Of a stretch of DNA of 64,000 nt, positions 13,795 to 27,073 are shown in pieces. The stretch comes from Octopus sinensis (Eukaryota): contig NC_043002.1 in assembly GCF_006345805.1 (NCBI RefSeq), positions 105,028,001-105,092,000 on the forward strand, written 5' to 3'. The position numbers and the translations under genes are program-made. The notes under the pieces are model-generated. The model made no database searches. It was not told where the DNA came from and saw only the letters and a list, made by a program, of their open reading frames with translations. Within the stretch, counting starts at the first letter, position 1; every line of letters starts with the position of its first letter.

Positions 13795-14141
13795 ACTACA
13801 AGCAGTATCACCCGGCATTGCTCGGGTTTGTTTCGACCCTTTAGAATTGGAATTTTTGAAAAGAAAAATTTCGCATTATGTAGCTTGTTATTCTTTTTAA
13901 GTGAACATTTTTTTGGTTGAAATACACCGAAAAATGGCGACACAGCAGTCAAAAAATCGTAAAAGATAGGGATTTTCATAGAAAAAAAGCACCTTTTTGA
14001 TGTAAATAATTTTTGGTGTTAACACGGTCCGATTTGAATTTTATCTACTAGGGAAGGAAGAGCAAGCCTTCTATAATAGTGTTAATTGAAGGCTACCAAA
14101 CCTGCCATACACTGACAACTTCAGCTTTATATAGAGAGAGA
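13795..14141 (-). mobile_element. Non-autonomous Helitron-like element
   Basis: On the minus strand: 5' TCTCTCTCTATATAAAGCTGAAGTTG, a 3' GC-rich hairpin CCCGAGCAATGCCGGG, and a CTAG-like terminus (ctgcttgtag|t); the same 3' end recurs at 51209-51236. Confidence 0.65.
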
Positions 14142-14525
14142 TTATATGTGTCAGTTTAGATATGGCGTTAAGAATGTCTGTACCGATCCGTTCGTTAGTT
14201 TGCGCCTTGTCCTGCCCACCTTCCAATCATATCCGTTATTAGCATCTTATATTCTGGCGCTTCTTGATACGGGTGTACCATTCTTTAGATGAAACAACCT
14301 GCTATTAAGTAATAATGGTTGGAATATAAAATAACATACTCTACATTCAAAAAACCATGCTGGGTGAGACTTTTTTTTACACGTTTTTCGATTTGTAGTT
14401 CTATAAACGTACGACTAAAATATTGTGTTATTAAATATATGATACAGTATGTTTATGTATATATACATATATACCTACACATATATATATATGCATATAT
14501 ATATATATATATATACATATATATT

Positions 14526-14567
<42 letters not shown>

Positions 14568-14709
14568 TATACATATATATATACATATATATCTTCTATG
14601 CACAAGCATATATTTATATGCATACATGTGGTTTTGTAATCGTATATTAGTATCTGAATAACTGATTTCACCTCCACCAACATTTATGTTTTCCTTTGAC
14701 CCTTTCATA

Positions 14710-15781
14710 CAGATGCATACACTCCCTCTCTTTCTCTCTCTCCCTCTGTTTCTCTCTCTCTCTCTCTATCTCTTTCTCTCTCTTTCTCACACATTATTTC
14801 TCTTTCTCGTTACTGCTTTCTCGATCCTTCTCTTTCTCTCTAGCTCCTCTCTCTCTCTCTCTTTGTCCCTTTCCACCTCGCTCCAATTCCAGTTATATAA
14901 CCTATTTCACACAATTCATTAAGAGAACAAGATTAAATCCCCAGAAAGTCACCACTCTGGACAAGAGAAGAAAAAACAAAAACCAAATCCAACTCACTTT
15001 TACAGCTTTAATATGTCTGATTCACTCATCTCAAAAGTCATACAAAAAACAAACAAACAAATACACTCAACGTTCTTTTTATTTACTTTCTTTAACAACA
15101 CACATACTTTCTCTTCCTCTCTCTCTCTCTTCTCTCTCTCTCTCCCTTTCTTTCTTTTTCATGTCTCTCTTCCTCCTCGTTCTCTCTTTTTCCTTCTACC
15201 ACTTTTTCTTTATCATCTTAATTCTCGACTATTTTTATCATTCATTTTCATTCTCTTCTCATTCTTTCTTGTATCTATTTCCTCCTAAATACTCTTTTTT
15301 TTCTTCTTATTTCTTTCAATCTCTAATTCCTTCAGTCTTTCTCATCGTATACAATACTACTTCTTCACTCCTTTCACTGCATGTTCATCTTTTTTCTTCA
15401 TTTCTTTATTTATTCATTTATTGCTTTATCTATTTCATTTCATTATTTTCGTTCTATTCGCTCTTTTTTTTTCCTTCCTCCCACCACCCAGCCTGTGTTT
15501 TTCTATAGAATTTCTTTATAATTCCAATCTTTTCCCTCGATCTTCCATTCTTCGGGCATTCTGTCTGTCCTGTATTTCACTCTCCGCCTTTCTTTTCTCA
15601 TTTTCCCTATTCTTTCCTTCATTGTTTTCATTTATCCTTATTCTTTTCCTTCCATTGTTCTTCTGTTATTTCTTTCATGTTATTCTATTTCCATCATTTT
15701 CAATTCCATCCTTTATATGTTCATTGCATTCTTTCAATCAATATCCTTCTTTTACTCATTCGTCTCCTCTTTTCCTTTCAT

Positions 15782-15816
<35 letters not shown>

Positions 15817-15990
15817 TCTTTCTTTCTTTCTTTCTTCCTTTCTATCTCGGTTACCTTCGTCTTACAACTCATCAGTCTCTACTGATTCCTTCTTTTTCTC
15901 TTTCACTCTCTTCATCTCTTACTTTCCTTCTTTCTTTCTCTTCTTTTTTTTTTCATCTCCCCATCGCCACTCCTTACAATTCTGATTTCT
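14710..15990 (+). repeat. Pyrimidine-rich low-complexity / decayed (CT)n region
   Basis: Direct reading; the long S/L/F-rich ORFs here are compositional artefacts. Confidence 0.85.
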
Positions 15991-16756
15991 TTCGCAAAAA
16001 TAAATACATGAAACAAAAACAACCACCAGTAAAAAAAAAAAAAAAGCTATCAGAATTTAATTAATAGTGACAAAGAAGACTCTTATAAATCACGGAGTAA
16101 ATCAGCCGCGAGGTGGCACCAGAGTATTCCTAGTGTCTTCATTCCCATCATGCTTTGCGTATGTTAATTCAATTTTAAAGCGGCCTTTCGTTTTCTTCCA
16201 AATGTTGTTAGCATTTTTTGAACTCTTATATTTGTCTTGTTGTTACTGTTGTTGTTGTTGTTGTTGTTGTTGTGGTCGTTCTTGCAGATATTGTTGATTT
16301 GATTGTTGCTGTTACTGCTGCTGCTGCTGCTGATGATGATGATGATGTTGTTGGCGTTGTTGCTATTGTTGGTCGCGTTGTTGTTCTTGTTGTTGCATTG
16401 CTCTAGTGATCTTGTTCCGGCGATATCTTCTTCATTTGCTTTTTTTCTTGCAGATGTGTAGATTCATTCACGTCTGCGCTCTCTTATGTTTAATTGTGAG
16501 GGGCGTCGATATAGTGTACAGATTTTCCTTTTTATATCACAATAGTTTATACTTCAACATATGTAGATATCTCTATCAGTCGTTCTCTCTCTATAAACAT
16601 AAATACATACAACCATATATACATATATGTGTGTAAGCGAATATATATATATATATATGTGTGTCTGTGTCTGTGTCTGTGTGTGTACCTATATATATAT
16701 ATATATTATGTATGTGTGTGTGTGTGTGTGTGGTGTCGGTGTCTGTGTGTGTAACC

Positions 16757-16809
<53 letters not shown>

Positions 16810-17036
16810 CTGTGTCTGTGTGTGTACCTATATATATATATATAATATAGATATATATTATATATATATATTATATAATATATGTATAGAAATTAAATAT
16901 AAAATATAAATTACAAAGTGGGACAAGAACGCAAAAATACACAGATGACACAATATATATATATTGGTGGTATGTGGTGTGTGTGTGTGTTCTGTGTCTG
17001 TGTGTGTACCTATATATATATATATGTGTGTGTGTA

Positions 17037-17073
<37 letters not shown>

Positions 17074-17512
17074 CCCTATTATTCTTCTATTCATTCATTG
17101 TTCCTTCTTTCTGTCAGCCCTTTCACACATGCATCCTTCATTCCAATCTTCGTTCTTTCGTTTCCGCTCTCTCACATTTCCTGGCCTCCGCTTCATGCTC
17201 ACTTTCCCTCCTCTTTCACTTCACTCTGTCCCTTTTATTTCTTCTCGCCTCCCCTTAATTCTCCCCTTACCTCTTTCTCTCTCTTCTCTCCTCACGTGAC
17301 TGGTGTTCGACCAAGCCTGACCTTTATTTCTTGGTTCTACTACCATCCAGGCAACATCTATATTCCTCCCTGTGCCAGTAAAATCCTATGTCCCTGCCGT
17401 TAGGCTTTATTTCCACACACGCCAGCTTTAATCTAATTCGTCCTTAGTCGAAAGACACCTGTTGCATTTGCATTTGTGTAACATTTCTCCGTTTTTTTCC
17501 GTCCTTCTTCTC

Positions 17513-17603
17513 GTATTATTAAGACAAACAAAAAGATAGCGTATTTGTTTGTCTTAATAACTGATGAGATGCCAGAGCAGACTTCATCCCCGGGATCCGA
17601 AAC
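17513..17603 (+). ncRNA. Candidate hammerhead ribozyme (type III geometry; type I alternative)
   Basis: GTA triplet 17513-15; perfect 17-bp stem I (17516-32/17544-60); CTGATGA 17561-67; G10.1-C11.1 (17568/17598); GAAAC 17599-603. Stem II is poorly defined; stem III is AC/GT plus GAGA/TCTC across a 3-nt bulge. Confidence 0.55.
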
Positions 17604-17643
17604 TCTGAGATTTATTATGACAACCAACTAATTCTCAAGTATC

Positions 17644-17676
<33 letters not shown>

Positions 17677-17739
17677 CATACATACATATATATATATACA
17701 TACATACATATATATATATAATACATACATATATTATAT

Positions 17740-17778
<39 letters not shown>

Positions 17779-17797
17779 CTGTGTCTGTGTGTGTACC

Positions 17798-17834
<37 letters not shown>

Positions 17835-17870
17835 GTGTGTGTGTGTGGTGTCTGTGTCTGTGTGTGTACC

Positions 17871-17929
<59 letters not shown>

Positions 17930-18546
17930 AGAAATAAATATAAAATATAAATTACAAAGTGGGACAAGAACGCAAAAATACACAGAGATGACACATATAT
18001 ATATATATGTGTATGTGTGTGTGTGTGTGTGTCTGTGTCTGTGTGTGTACCTATATATATATATATATGTGTGTGTGTATGTATGTGTGTGTGTGTGTGT
18101 GTGTAACCCTATTATTCTTTCTATTCATTCATTGTTCCCTTCTTTCTGTCAGCCCTTTCACACATGCATCCTTCATTCCAATCTTCGTTCTTTCGTTTCC
18201 GCTCTCTCACATTTCCTGGCCTCCGCTTCATGCTCACTTTCCCTCCTCTTTCACTTCACTCTGTCCCTTTTATTTCTTCTCGCCTCCCCTTAATTCTCCC
18301 CTTACCTCTTTCTCTCTCTTCTCTCCTCACGTGACTGTGTTCGACCAAGCCTGACCTTTATTTCTTGGTTCTACTACCATCCAGGCAACATCTATATTCC
18401 TCCTGTGCCAGTAAAATCCTATGTCCCTGCCGTTAGGCTTATTTCCACACACGCCAGCTTTAATCTAATTCGTCCTTAGTCGAAAGAACCACCTGTTGCA
18501 TTTGCATTTGTGTAACATTTCTCCGTTTTTTTCCGTCCTTCTTCTC

Positions 18547-18637
18547 GTATTATTAAGACAAACAAAAAGATAGCGTATTTGTTTGTCTTAATAACTGATG
18601 AGATGCCAGAGCAGACTTCATCCCCGGGATCCGAAAC
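18547..18637 (+). ncRNA. Second copy of the candidate hammerhead ribozyme
   Basis: Identical motif: GTA 18547-49, CTGATGA 18595-601, GAAAC 18633-37. Confidence 0.55.
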
Positions 18638-18748
18638 TCTGAGATTATTATGACAACCAACTAATTCTCAAGTATCATATATATATATACATTAATATAT
18701 ATATATACATACATACATATATATATATACATACATACATATATATAT

Positions 18749-18787
<39 letters not shown>

Positions 18788-19676
18788 GAGAGGGAGACAG
18801 ATATGAAGAACGAAAGGAAAGAAAGAAGGAAGGAAGGTTGGAGTGCGTTTGTCTTGATGTGAGTTTAAAGCAATCAGTCCTTTTGGCTTCGATCTGTACC
18901 TGCAAAAGCTTAAATCACTATTTGGCTCATTTTATATATATACATGTGTGAGTGTGTGTGTGTCTGTGTGTGTGTGCGCGCGTGCGTGTGTGGTTGTGAG
19001 TGCATGGCATTTTTTAATCATTTCTATAGATGAATCATATATTTAAATAAACATTTAACCTGGAGAAACTTATCAGAATGACAATAGTTACTAATGAATC
19101 ATTATAGCGAATACAGCAAGATCTGATACTGAGCAACATGCTTCGTCGATAGAAAATAAATTGCAGAGATGTAGTCCCACTTGGACGGAGTTTCGTCCCT
19201 TAGCCCTGTAACCTGCATTGAAACATCGGAAGCAGCCCCACTGATCGATGCTTAACATATACATTTCAGGACAAATACCGGTGTAACAGGCCTATTTACT
19301 GTATACATACATTAAGTATAACACATGGATACATATATGCGTATATGAATGTATATTTATGTTTATGTTTGGGAGTATGTATGTGTGTGTATGTATACAT
19401 CTATCCAAGCAGACACACACAAAGTAACACACAAACACACACACACACATACACATGCGTATACAAGTATTTTGAGTTGTGCAGCGAAGTATGAGAATAT
19501 TTATCTAAATAACAATATCAGGAGACGACGCACGCAAACCCTCTCTCGCTCTTTGTCGGTCTGCTTCTATCTTTCTTTTATTTCTCTCTCTCTCTCTCTC
19601 TCTCTATTTATCTATCCACCTATCTCATATATATATATATGTATAAATATATATATATATATATAATATATATTAT

Positions 19677-19719
<43 letters not shown>

Positions 19720-20603
19720 AAGAGAGAGAGGAGAAAGAGAGAGAGGAGAAAGATATATATGCATAAGAATATATGTACAGGAGTGTATACTTATACACAT
19801 ATGCAAACACATACACATACATACATACATATATATATGTATATATATATATATACATACATATATACATATATATATATACGTACATACATACATGCAT
19901 ACATATATACACACATATATACATAAATATGCATACATATTTATATCTATATATACACGCATATGTACCGAGAGTTTAAAAAGAAGGTAGATGTATCTAA
20001 CCATTTATCACAATGCATTAATCAGAAACCAAGTATAAAACAGCTCAACTTAATGATCGCAGATGTAATACAATCTACAACATTTTGACTCTATTTAAAA
20101 CCACAAAATATACGTATATTTATTAAACAAGCAAACGATAGCATCTGTGTATAATTATCTTTAAATGCCGTATCACCAGACGTGTGCACACGCACATGCA
20201 ACCACTCTGATAATCACACACTCTAATCTGCACACGCATACACAGACGCACTCATACGCACTTAAACGTACGTCTTGTAGAGAGTCATGCAAATGTCAGT
20301 AGCGGCGCACTGCTTACGGGTGCCTTTTAAAATTGTTTAAACACGATCCGTAACGTTTTGGGTTGTTTTGAAGATAATGAAGCAACACTTAGATTCTCTC
20401 ACTTTCTCTTCTCTCCACCTTCCTCTTTCACCTTCCCCGCCTCTCTTTGGCTCTTGCTTTTTCCATCTAACTTTACTTTACTTTGTGTTCGCGCGCGCGA
20501 TGGTGTGTGTTTCTGTGAATATACATAGAGATAGAGAGTGTTACATAAGATACGATATACACAAATGTACGCATATATATATATGTATGTATGTATGTAT
20601 ATA

Positions 20604-20650
<47 letters not shown>

Positions 20651-20738
20651 TACATATATATGTATATATATATATATATATATATACATATATATGTATA
20701 TATAGATGTATATATATATATATTTACATACATATATA

Positions 20739-20797
<59 letters not shown>

Positions 20798-22139
20798 CAT
20801 ACATATATACATATAAATATATATATATGTATGTATGGATGTATGTATGTGTGTCTATATATATATATTTGTGTGTGTGTGTGTCTGCACACACATGTAC
20901 ATACATATGTATATGTATACATACGCACACACACTTCTAAATACATCCATTCGTTATGCTACCAGCTCCAATTATTGAACTGCGTTCATGCTGGAGCATC
21001 GCATTTTACAAACACACAACCTTTCGCAAATAGAAACATACATGGAGTGACGTCTGACAACCTATGTATTTTTATACATGTTTGTGTGTGTGTGTGCATG
21101 GCTTTGTGTATATGAGAGTTTTTTAAATCTTATGTCTATGTTTCTGCCATGTTCTTTGTTTTCGTTGCAATACAACACCGTCTTAGGCATCAGATACGAT
21201 CTATCACAGGCTCTATCGCCAGCCATACAACTCTTGTCGTTCTCATTAAATCGTCCACCATTTTGTTTACCTATGTTATTCTTGTTGTCCTTCTCCTTGT
21301 TTTGCTTCTGTTTAATTATTTGTTTTATTATTATATAGAAGTGAACTTACATACATCTTCTGTCTCGTTTCCACAGAAATCGTTGAGTTGCATGTACATG
21401 TTGCTGTTGTACCTTCTTCTTTGCTATTGTCTGACAATGTTTTATTGGCGAAAATTCTTTATCTTTTTCTTCTTGTATTTCTTTCTCTTACTCTTATTAT
21501 TCTAATCTTAATTTTATTGTTTTTCCTGTTCTTTCCTCGTTTTGCTATTATTATGAATAATGTTATCTTTATCATGTTCTCGACAGTTTCATTCGTTCGT
21601 GTCTCTTCTGCATTACCAGGTGCACTTCAGTGTTCTTCCCAGCTTTGCAGTATTGCTTGTCTGATGATGTTGTTTCATCTGTTTGTGATTTGATGTGGCT
21701 TTCTGTACGCTCGTCACTGCCGTTACTCTTGTGTTGCATCTGGTTTTCTGAACGAAAGACTGCGTAGTGTGTGCATCAGCAGTTGTGTCGTGTTCTTGAG
21801 ATTTATTCCTCTTTCATACGTTCTGCTTACGTTATAATTTTTTTTAATCTTTGGGTTGTGATTTTGTAGAAAATGCATATATGTTGTGTGGTTGTTTTCT
21901 GTTCTGTGGTTTTGAGTAGATTGTGTTACTAGCTGTAGTGTAAAATGTGAGTTGTTAGTCGATGCAAATCTCTTCTAAGCGTGTCTGTTATTTCATCTGA
22001 TTGTCATCATGTCGACTATATACTCTATAAGTTTCATACACACATACACACACATACACACACATACACACACATACACATATATATATGTGTGTGTATG
22101 AAACTTATAGAGTTTCGATATATATATATATATCTCACT

Positions 22140-22675
22140 CCTCCTCATCTCTCTCACAGCCGGCTGACTACTTCCTTTTGCCTGCGGTCTCCTAACTGTA
22201 AACACACGGTTTTTCTTACGCTGTTAGAATCTTCCTCGTCTAGGCCAAAAAAGGCCCTCTTCGTTTGTTTTCTTGTTTGTTTTTATTTCTCGTATTGTAT
22301 TTTTTTGTAACTGTATTTATTTTGTATTTTATTTTGTAATTTATTATTTATTTTGTATTTTATTTTGTAATTTTATTTGTATCGTTTTTACGTCCTGTTT
22401 GTGTCACATTTTTTTCTTTCATTGTTTTTACCCCTCTGCGAGGCAATTTTATTTAATTCTTTTGCAGGAAGGACTAGTTCGACGAGTCGTGTTCTGTCCT
22501 TACCTTCGAAACACGCTGGAGTTGAACTAGGGACAGCTGATGAAGGGGTTTTTTCCTTGTGTGGTTTGTCTTGTACTCTGTTTTTTCGTTGTAAAAAATG
22601 GTCCGCTCCATGCTTGTTTTTACGTTTTCGTTTCTCGTTGAGTTCTACGTTTATTTGTGGTGTCCTGTACTCACG
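22140..22675 (+). mobile_element. Interspersed repeat, probably Penelope pLTR-like or non-autonomous, containing a permuted hammerhead motif
   Basis: Second decayed copy at 12356-12592; T-rich body and HHR core motifs. The Penelope assignment is inferred from the known HHR-pLTR association. Confidence 0.5.
22488..22548 (+). ncRNA. Candidate non-circularly permuted (pseudoknotted) hammerhead ribozyme
   Basis: Stem III CGTGT 22488-92/ACACG 22511-15; N17=T 22493; stem I CTGTCC 22494-99/GGACAG 22531-36; CTGATGA 22537-43; stem II GGGG 22545-48/CTTC 22504-07; GAA 22508-10. Confidence 0.6.
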
Positions 22676-22976
22676 TATATATATTTATATATGCATGTAT
22701 ATATACATGTAGATGTAGGTACGTACATATATGTATGTATGTATGCATATATTTTATTCATTACACTATTGTATGACTGAGCGCCCTCGCGTCGATTCGA
22801 TTCGATTCGTTTCGTTTCGTTTCGTTTCTTCTTCTGCAAGTACAGTTTATATATATATATATATATACAATTTAAAAATAGGATAAACTCTTCATAAGAA
22901 TTTATCAAGTAGTTAGCGTGAAAAACCTCATAAGTGAAAAAAAAAACAACAAATCTTTTCCTTTAAATTTATTTAA

Positions 22977-23142
22977 TATAGAGGGCACTATTACACATAG
23001 ATGCCTCACGCTAGGAGAGACTCTTAAAGTCAAAACTACTAAAATAAATAAACACATCGTACCGAAACAATTCTCGAAGCAGGTAATTTAAAACAGATTC
23101 CCTCCTAGAATGAGGCATATATGTGTAACAGTGTCCTCTATA
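22977..23142. mobile_element. MITE-like element with 48-bp imperfect terminal inverted repeats
   Basis: 22977-23024 versus the reverse complement of 23095-23142: 7 mismatches in 48 nt, 70-nt spacer, TA at both outer ends. Confidence 0.7.
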
Positions 23143-23889
23143 ATAATATAAATATATGTATTTAAAATGCTGGTGGTCATATTGTATAGCGTACGTCTTG
23201 ACTTGTTTAGAGATACTGTGAGATTTGTGTTCTTGCATTCAAATGCCTTTTGTTGGATATGGATTATACCTATATCTGGTCTGTGTGTACAATTGTTTGG
23301 CTTTATATGTTTTGAACGTTTTTGGTTAGATCCGTCGGTTCCAGACATGGCTTATCGATTAAATAATTTGAATAGTTTTATCATTGAAAACCGTAATACT
23401 ATTAATCTTTATATTTTCAAATGATTTCTACAATTTTGACCCCTATCCGTGGCTTCAGAGAAAATGGATTCAAACAGATACCAGAGTCAACCGGTAGCTT
23501 TCCATTCTGTGATAATTATATACGTATGTAATGTTTGCCTCAGACATTTATTGTAGCTTCACGTGATGACGCTTGACATACATAACGACAGTTATTGTTG
23601 GATAGACTCGCGCTTGATAACGACTAGGCAACCACGACTGGTGTAGTCGATTGATTCCATTGTCACAACTTTCCATCTTTTCCACTTTGGTATGTTTCTT
23701 ATGTTACATTTTTCGCATTTTAATTGCTAGGTACATAGATCGACTTTCTTCGATTGACTTCTCGAAGGAATTAATGAAGCTACCTTCATTCGGAGAACCG
23801 TACATTTTTTCTTTGTACTATGCTGTGTTAGCTAACATTTCTATGTGTCAACTTATTCAGGGTCAAGCAAATGTAGTACCACGATGATT

Positions 23890-26140
23890 GCAGATGATTG
23901 ATAATAACATAACATTAGACAGGAGTGGGTATTTTGCAGTGTTTCTTTCGGCTCCCCGCGATATTGATGCCCCCAGTGCCTCTACAAATACTGCGATGAC
24001 AGTACCCATTCAATGCCCACATTCGTTTAGCAGCTTGTACTTTCAATGCATTCTATCTCTTCGTCACCCGCCCGTGCATCCCCACGTATAGCACTGTCGA
24101 TAAACTTGGTTCCCTTCTTCCTTTTACACACTACCTCAACGCCCTGTTTCCGAGCCTCAATCAATGGGTCACACATTTATCATCCTCGCTGACGCCTTCT
24201 GGTTTATGTTCATATCTTTTCTGCTTTCTTTCAAGACCGTAATTCTCACACAATCTCCAGTGAACAAGCTTAGCTACGTTATCATACTCCCTTTTACATT
24301 CCTTTTGAGCCGGTTTACTACACACACTCACATTATGTGGGAGTCTTTCGTTTTCGCTGTCACACATCCTACAAAGGGGTGACTCACTGTTCTTATCTGT
24401 TTGGAACTTATCCTTATAGCTTGCTCGAGTGCTCTGCATATCAATGCCTCAATAAATCCTTTCTCATCATTTTTCCGTAGCCATTTCCAGGTGTTGGTGG
24501 TATTTTCTTCCCATTTTCCTGAGATATTACCTATGAATCGTTTTCATTTTTCAGTTATTTAACATTCGTTCTTCAGCTTGTTTCTTAAGTGTGTTTGGGG
24601 TGCGCCACATTTCCACTGGGTATCGAGATGCGTTTACTAACTGCAGAAACAATGGCTCAATCTGCTGTTTGACATACCATTCCAAACTCTTTTCTCAGAG
24701 ACAGCTCAGATCATCCCTCTCCCTTGTGTTTAGGTACATAAAGTCTATCGACATCGCTTTTAGTGTTCAGTTCCTTGTCATCACTTTCCTGGTTCTTATA
24801 TCATTTTCCTTAAGTTCGTTCTTTGTCCACCTATCAACAACCGTACTGTATCTCATTAAGGAGTTAGACTATGTATTCGTTGCCCTCATCTTGTTCTTTC
24901 CATTGAATCTACTCTCCGTAAATGAATTTGGCTCTTCTGAGATATTCTCTCATACAACTTTCCTTCATCTCACTCTCCTTGATGTTGTCGCACTCCAAAA
25001 TATCTACTTACTTATACCATCGATCTCAACATCTTTCAACAACATCAGATGACGCTACTTGAACTTTTTTATGATAATAATACCACATTTGTTAATCCCA
25101 CGCTTGTTAATCTCAAATATCTGTACTGTTGAAAGTACATGTTCAAACTTATCGTAAATCTGCGAGTCGTCCTTATGTAACAGGTGACTCAACTTTTCTA
25201 CGTTTTTCAAGGTGTATCCCGATATCACTTTCCACAGTATCTGTGTGAGGAGTAACATACAAAGCACAAACAACAATGCTGAAAAACAATCTCCTTGAAG
25301 TATGTCTGAAGTATGCCAAAATTTTCCACATGGTGTTAACTTTGTATACCAGTTCTTCATTTATCTCCTGATAAAATTGAAACTGTTATCAGACATTTGT
25401 AACAATTGAAGACATTTTTAAAATCCAGGAATATGGGTTCACGTCAGAAGCTCTCTTTTAATCGATTCACACCCTGTCCAAATTGGTATGACCTTTCTTG
25501 TAGTTGCTCAGCACCATTCTATCTATCAGAAGTTGATCTTTTGTCTCTCAGCATTTCTTCCTGCATCCCTTATTTTCCTCTGGTAATTTATCGTTTATTT
25601 TCAGGTAGTTATACACACAATTAAGTATTATTCCTGGGTTCCTTTTGGCAAAGAACCGTTTTACCTGTGGTCAGCCACTTTGGGATTTTCACCTTGTTGT
25701 TGATCATTTTATCCATTTGCACAGGCATACTTTCATGAATTGCTAAGTAATTCTTCAGCGAATACCCTTGTACCGCATCCGGGCCTGGGAACTTCTAGTT
25801 TAGGACTTTTCTTGTCTGATTGGTCACCATTTCAGTTGTTACACTCATATTGTTCTGTTTCACTTCACATTTCTCCGATCTTAATTACATCAACTATTCA
25901 GCATCTTCATTTTGCTTTATTCCATTATCCCAAATGTTTCACCAAAACCTCCTCCTACCTTCTTCAGCGAGCAGTCTCTCACTGCTGTTAACCTTTCCAT
26001 TCAACTGTTGATCTTTGTCACTTTGGCCTGCAGTCTTTCTTTCTGCTCCTCAAGGACTACATTTAGCCCCATTTCTTCATACGATATCTACGGCCTAATT
26101 CAAGATATTTCTCCTTCTTCCTGATTTCTCATGGTTTTTT
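23890..26140 (-). mobile_element. RLE-type (R4/Dong-like) non-LTR retrotransposon, 5'-truncated and decayed
   Basis: PGPDAVQGYSLK; RT motifs ILQGDCFSALLFVLCM and SHLLHKDD..IY; zinc knuckle SPLCRMC...HNVSVCSK.AQKECKREYDNVAKLVHWRLC; endonuclease remnant DHLIEARKQ...FIDSAIRGDAR. Confidence 0.92.
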
Positions 26141-26329
26141 TCTAGTGTTGATATATTTTCGTAGTTCATTGATTGTTTTATTTTTATTTTAGATTAAAAC
26201 TATGTTTCTACATTTTCTCTTTTACAGTTTGTTTCGGGGCCTAGTTTTTCCTTTGAAGATGATACAAGCTTTAAATCAACCTATTCTATTCTTCTTCTTC
26301 ATCATCTTATTATTATTATTATTATTATT

Positions 26330-26804
26330 GAGTGAGAGAGCAGTGCATGCCATCAAAGTGACACTGGGGTAAAATATACGAAGCCCAATATATCCATCAT
26401 GACTACCCGTCTGATAAGGGTACACCAGGCACATGCATCACAACCATATGTGCGCGACATGGTGATCTCATATCAAGATAAACAGCACATGACCTTGCAG
26501 GTGGGGCCCAGTTAGAATTTTCTTCAGGTTGAGTAGCCCATCCCGCTCAAACGGTCCCTGAATAAGGGTTGTTTAAGGATGTTGAAAGAACCACCCGTTT
26601 CCAGAGGTGAATTATTCAAACCCCAAAGAATCCCTCTCAACACATGGCTATGATGCTCCCCCACTACTTCTGTTCGTGATCAGAGATGCACATATCGTCA
26701 GCCACTAAGGGACATGCTCAACTGGTTAAGGTCAAACAACTGACAAGCAAATCTGTGGTATTGAGCAGAATATTTGCTGTAGCCCATCTTTTATACCAAG
26801 ACAA

Positions 26805-26805
<1 letters not shown>
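26330..26805 (-). mobile_element. Non-coding retroposon copy 1 (5'-truncated), (AAT)n tail
   Basis: About 96% identical by eye to 27074-27548; ends in ctctctcactc-(aat)n on the minus strand. Confidence 0.85.

Positions 26806-27073
<268 letters not shown>

Larger units (their letters stand above)
16650..18730 (+). repeat. Tandem duplication of a unit of about 1.05 kb (microsatellites plus a ~570-bp unique segment)
   Basis: 17071-17645 versus about 18104-18678 differ almost only by small indels; the gaaattaaatataaaa...gtgggacaagaacgc block at about 16890 recurs at about 17931. Confidence 0.95.

Noticed and set aside
22792-22828. (TCGAT)3(TCGTT)4 CpG-containing pentamer run
   Set aside because: A short simple repeat with no evidence of function; not CRISPR-like.
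26680-26720. CTGACGA on the minus strand of the TAA-flanked retroposon
   Set aside because: It is followed by GAAC rather than GAAAC, and stems I and III cannot be formed.
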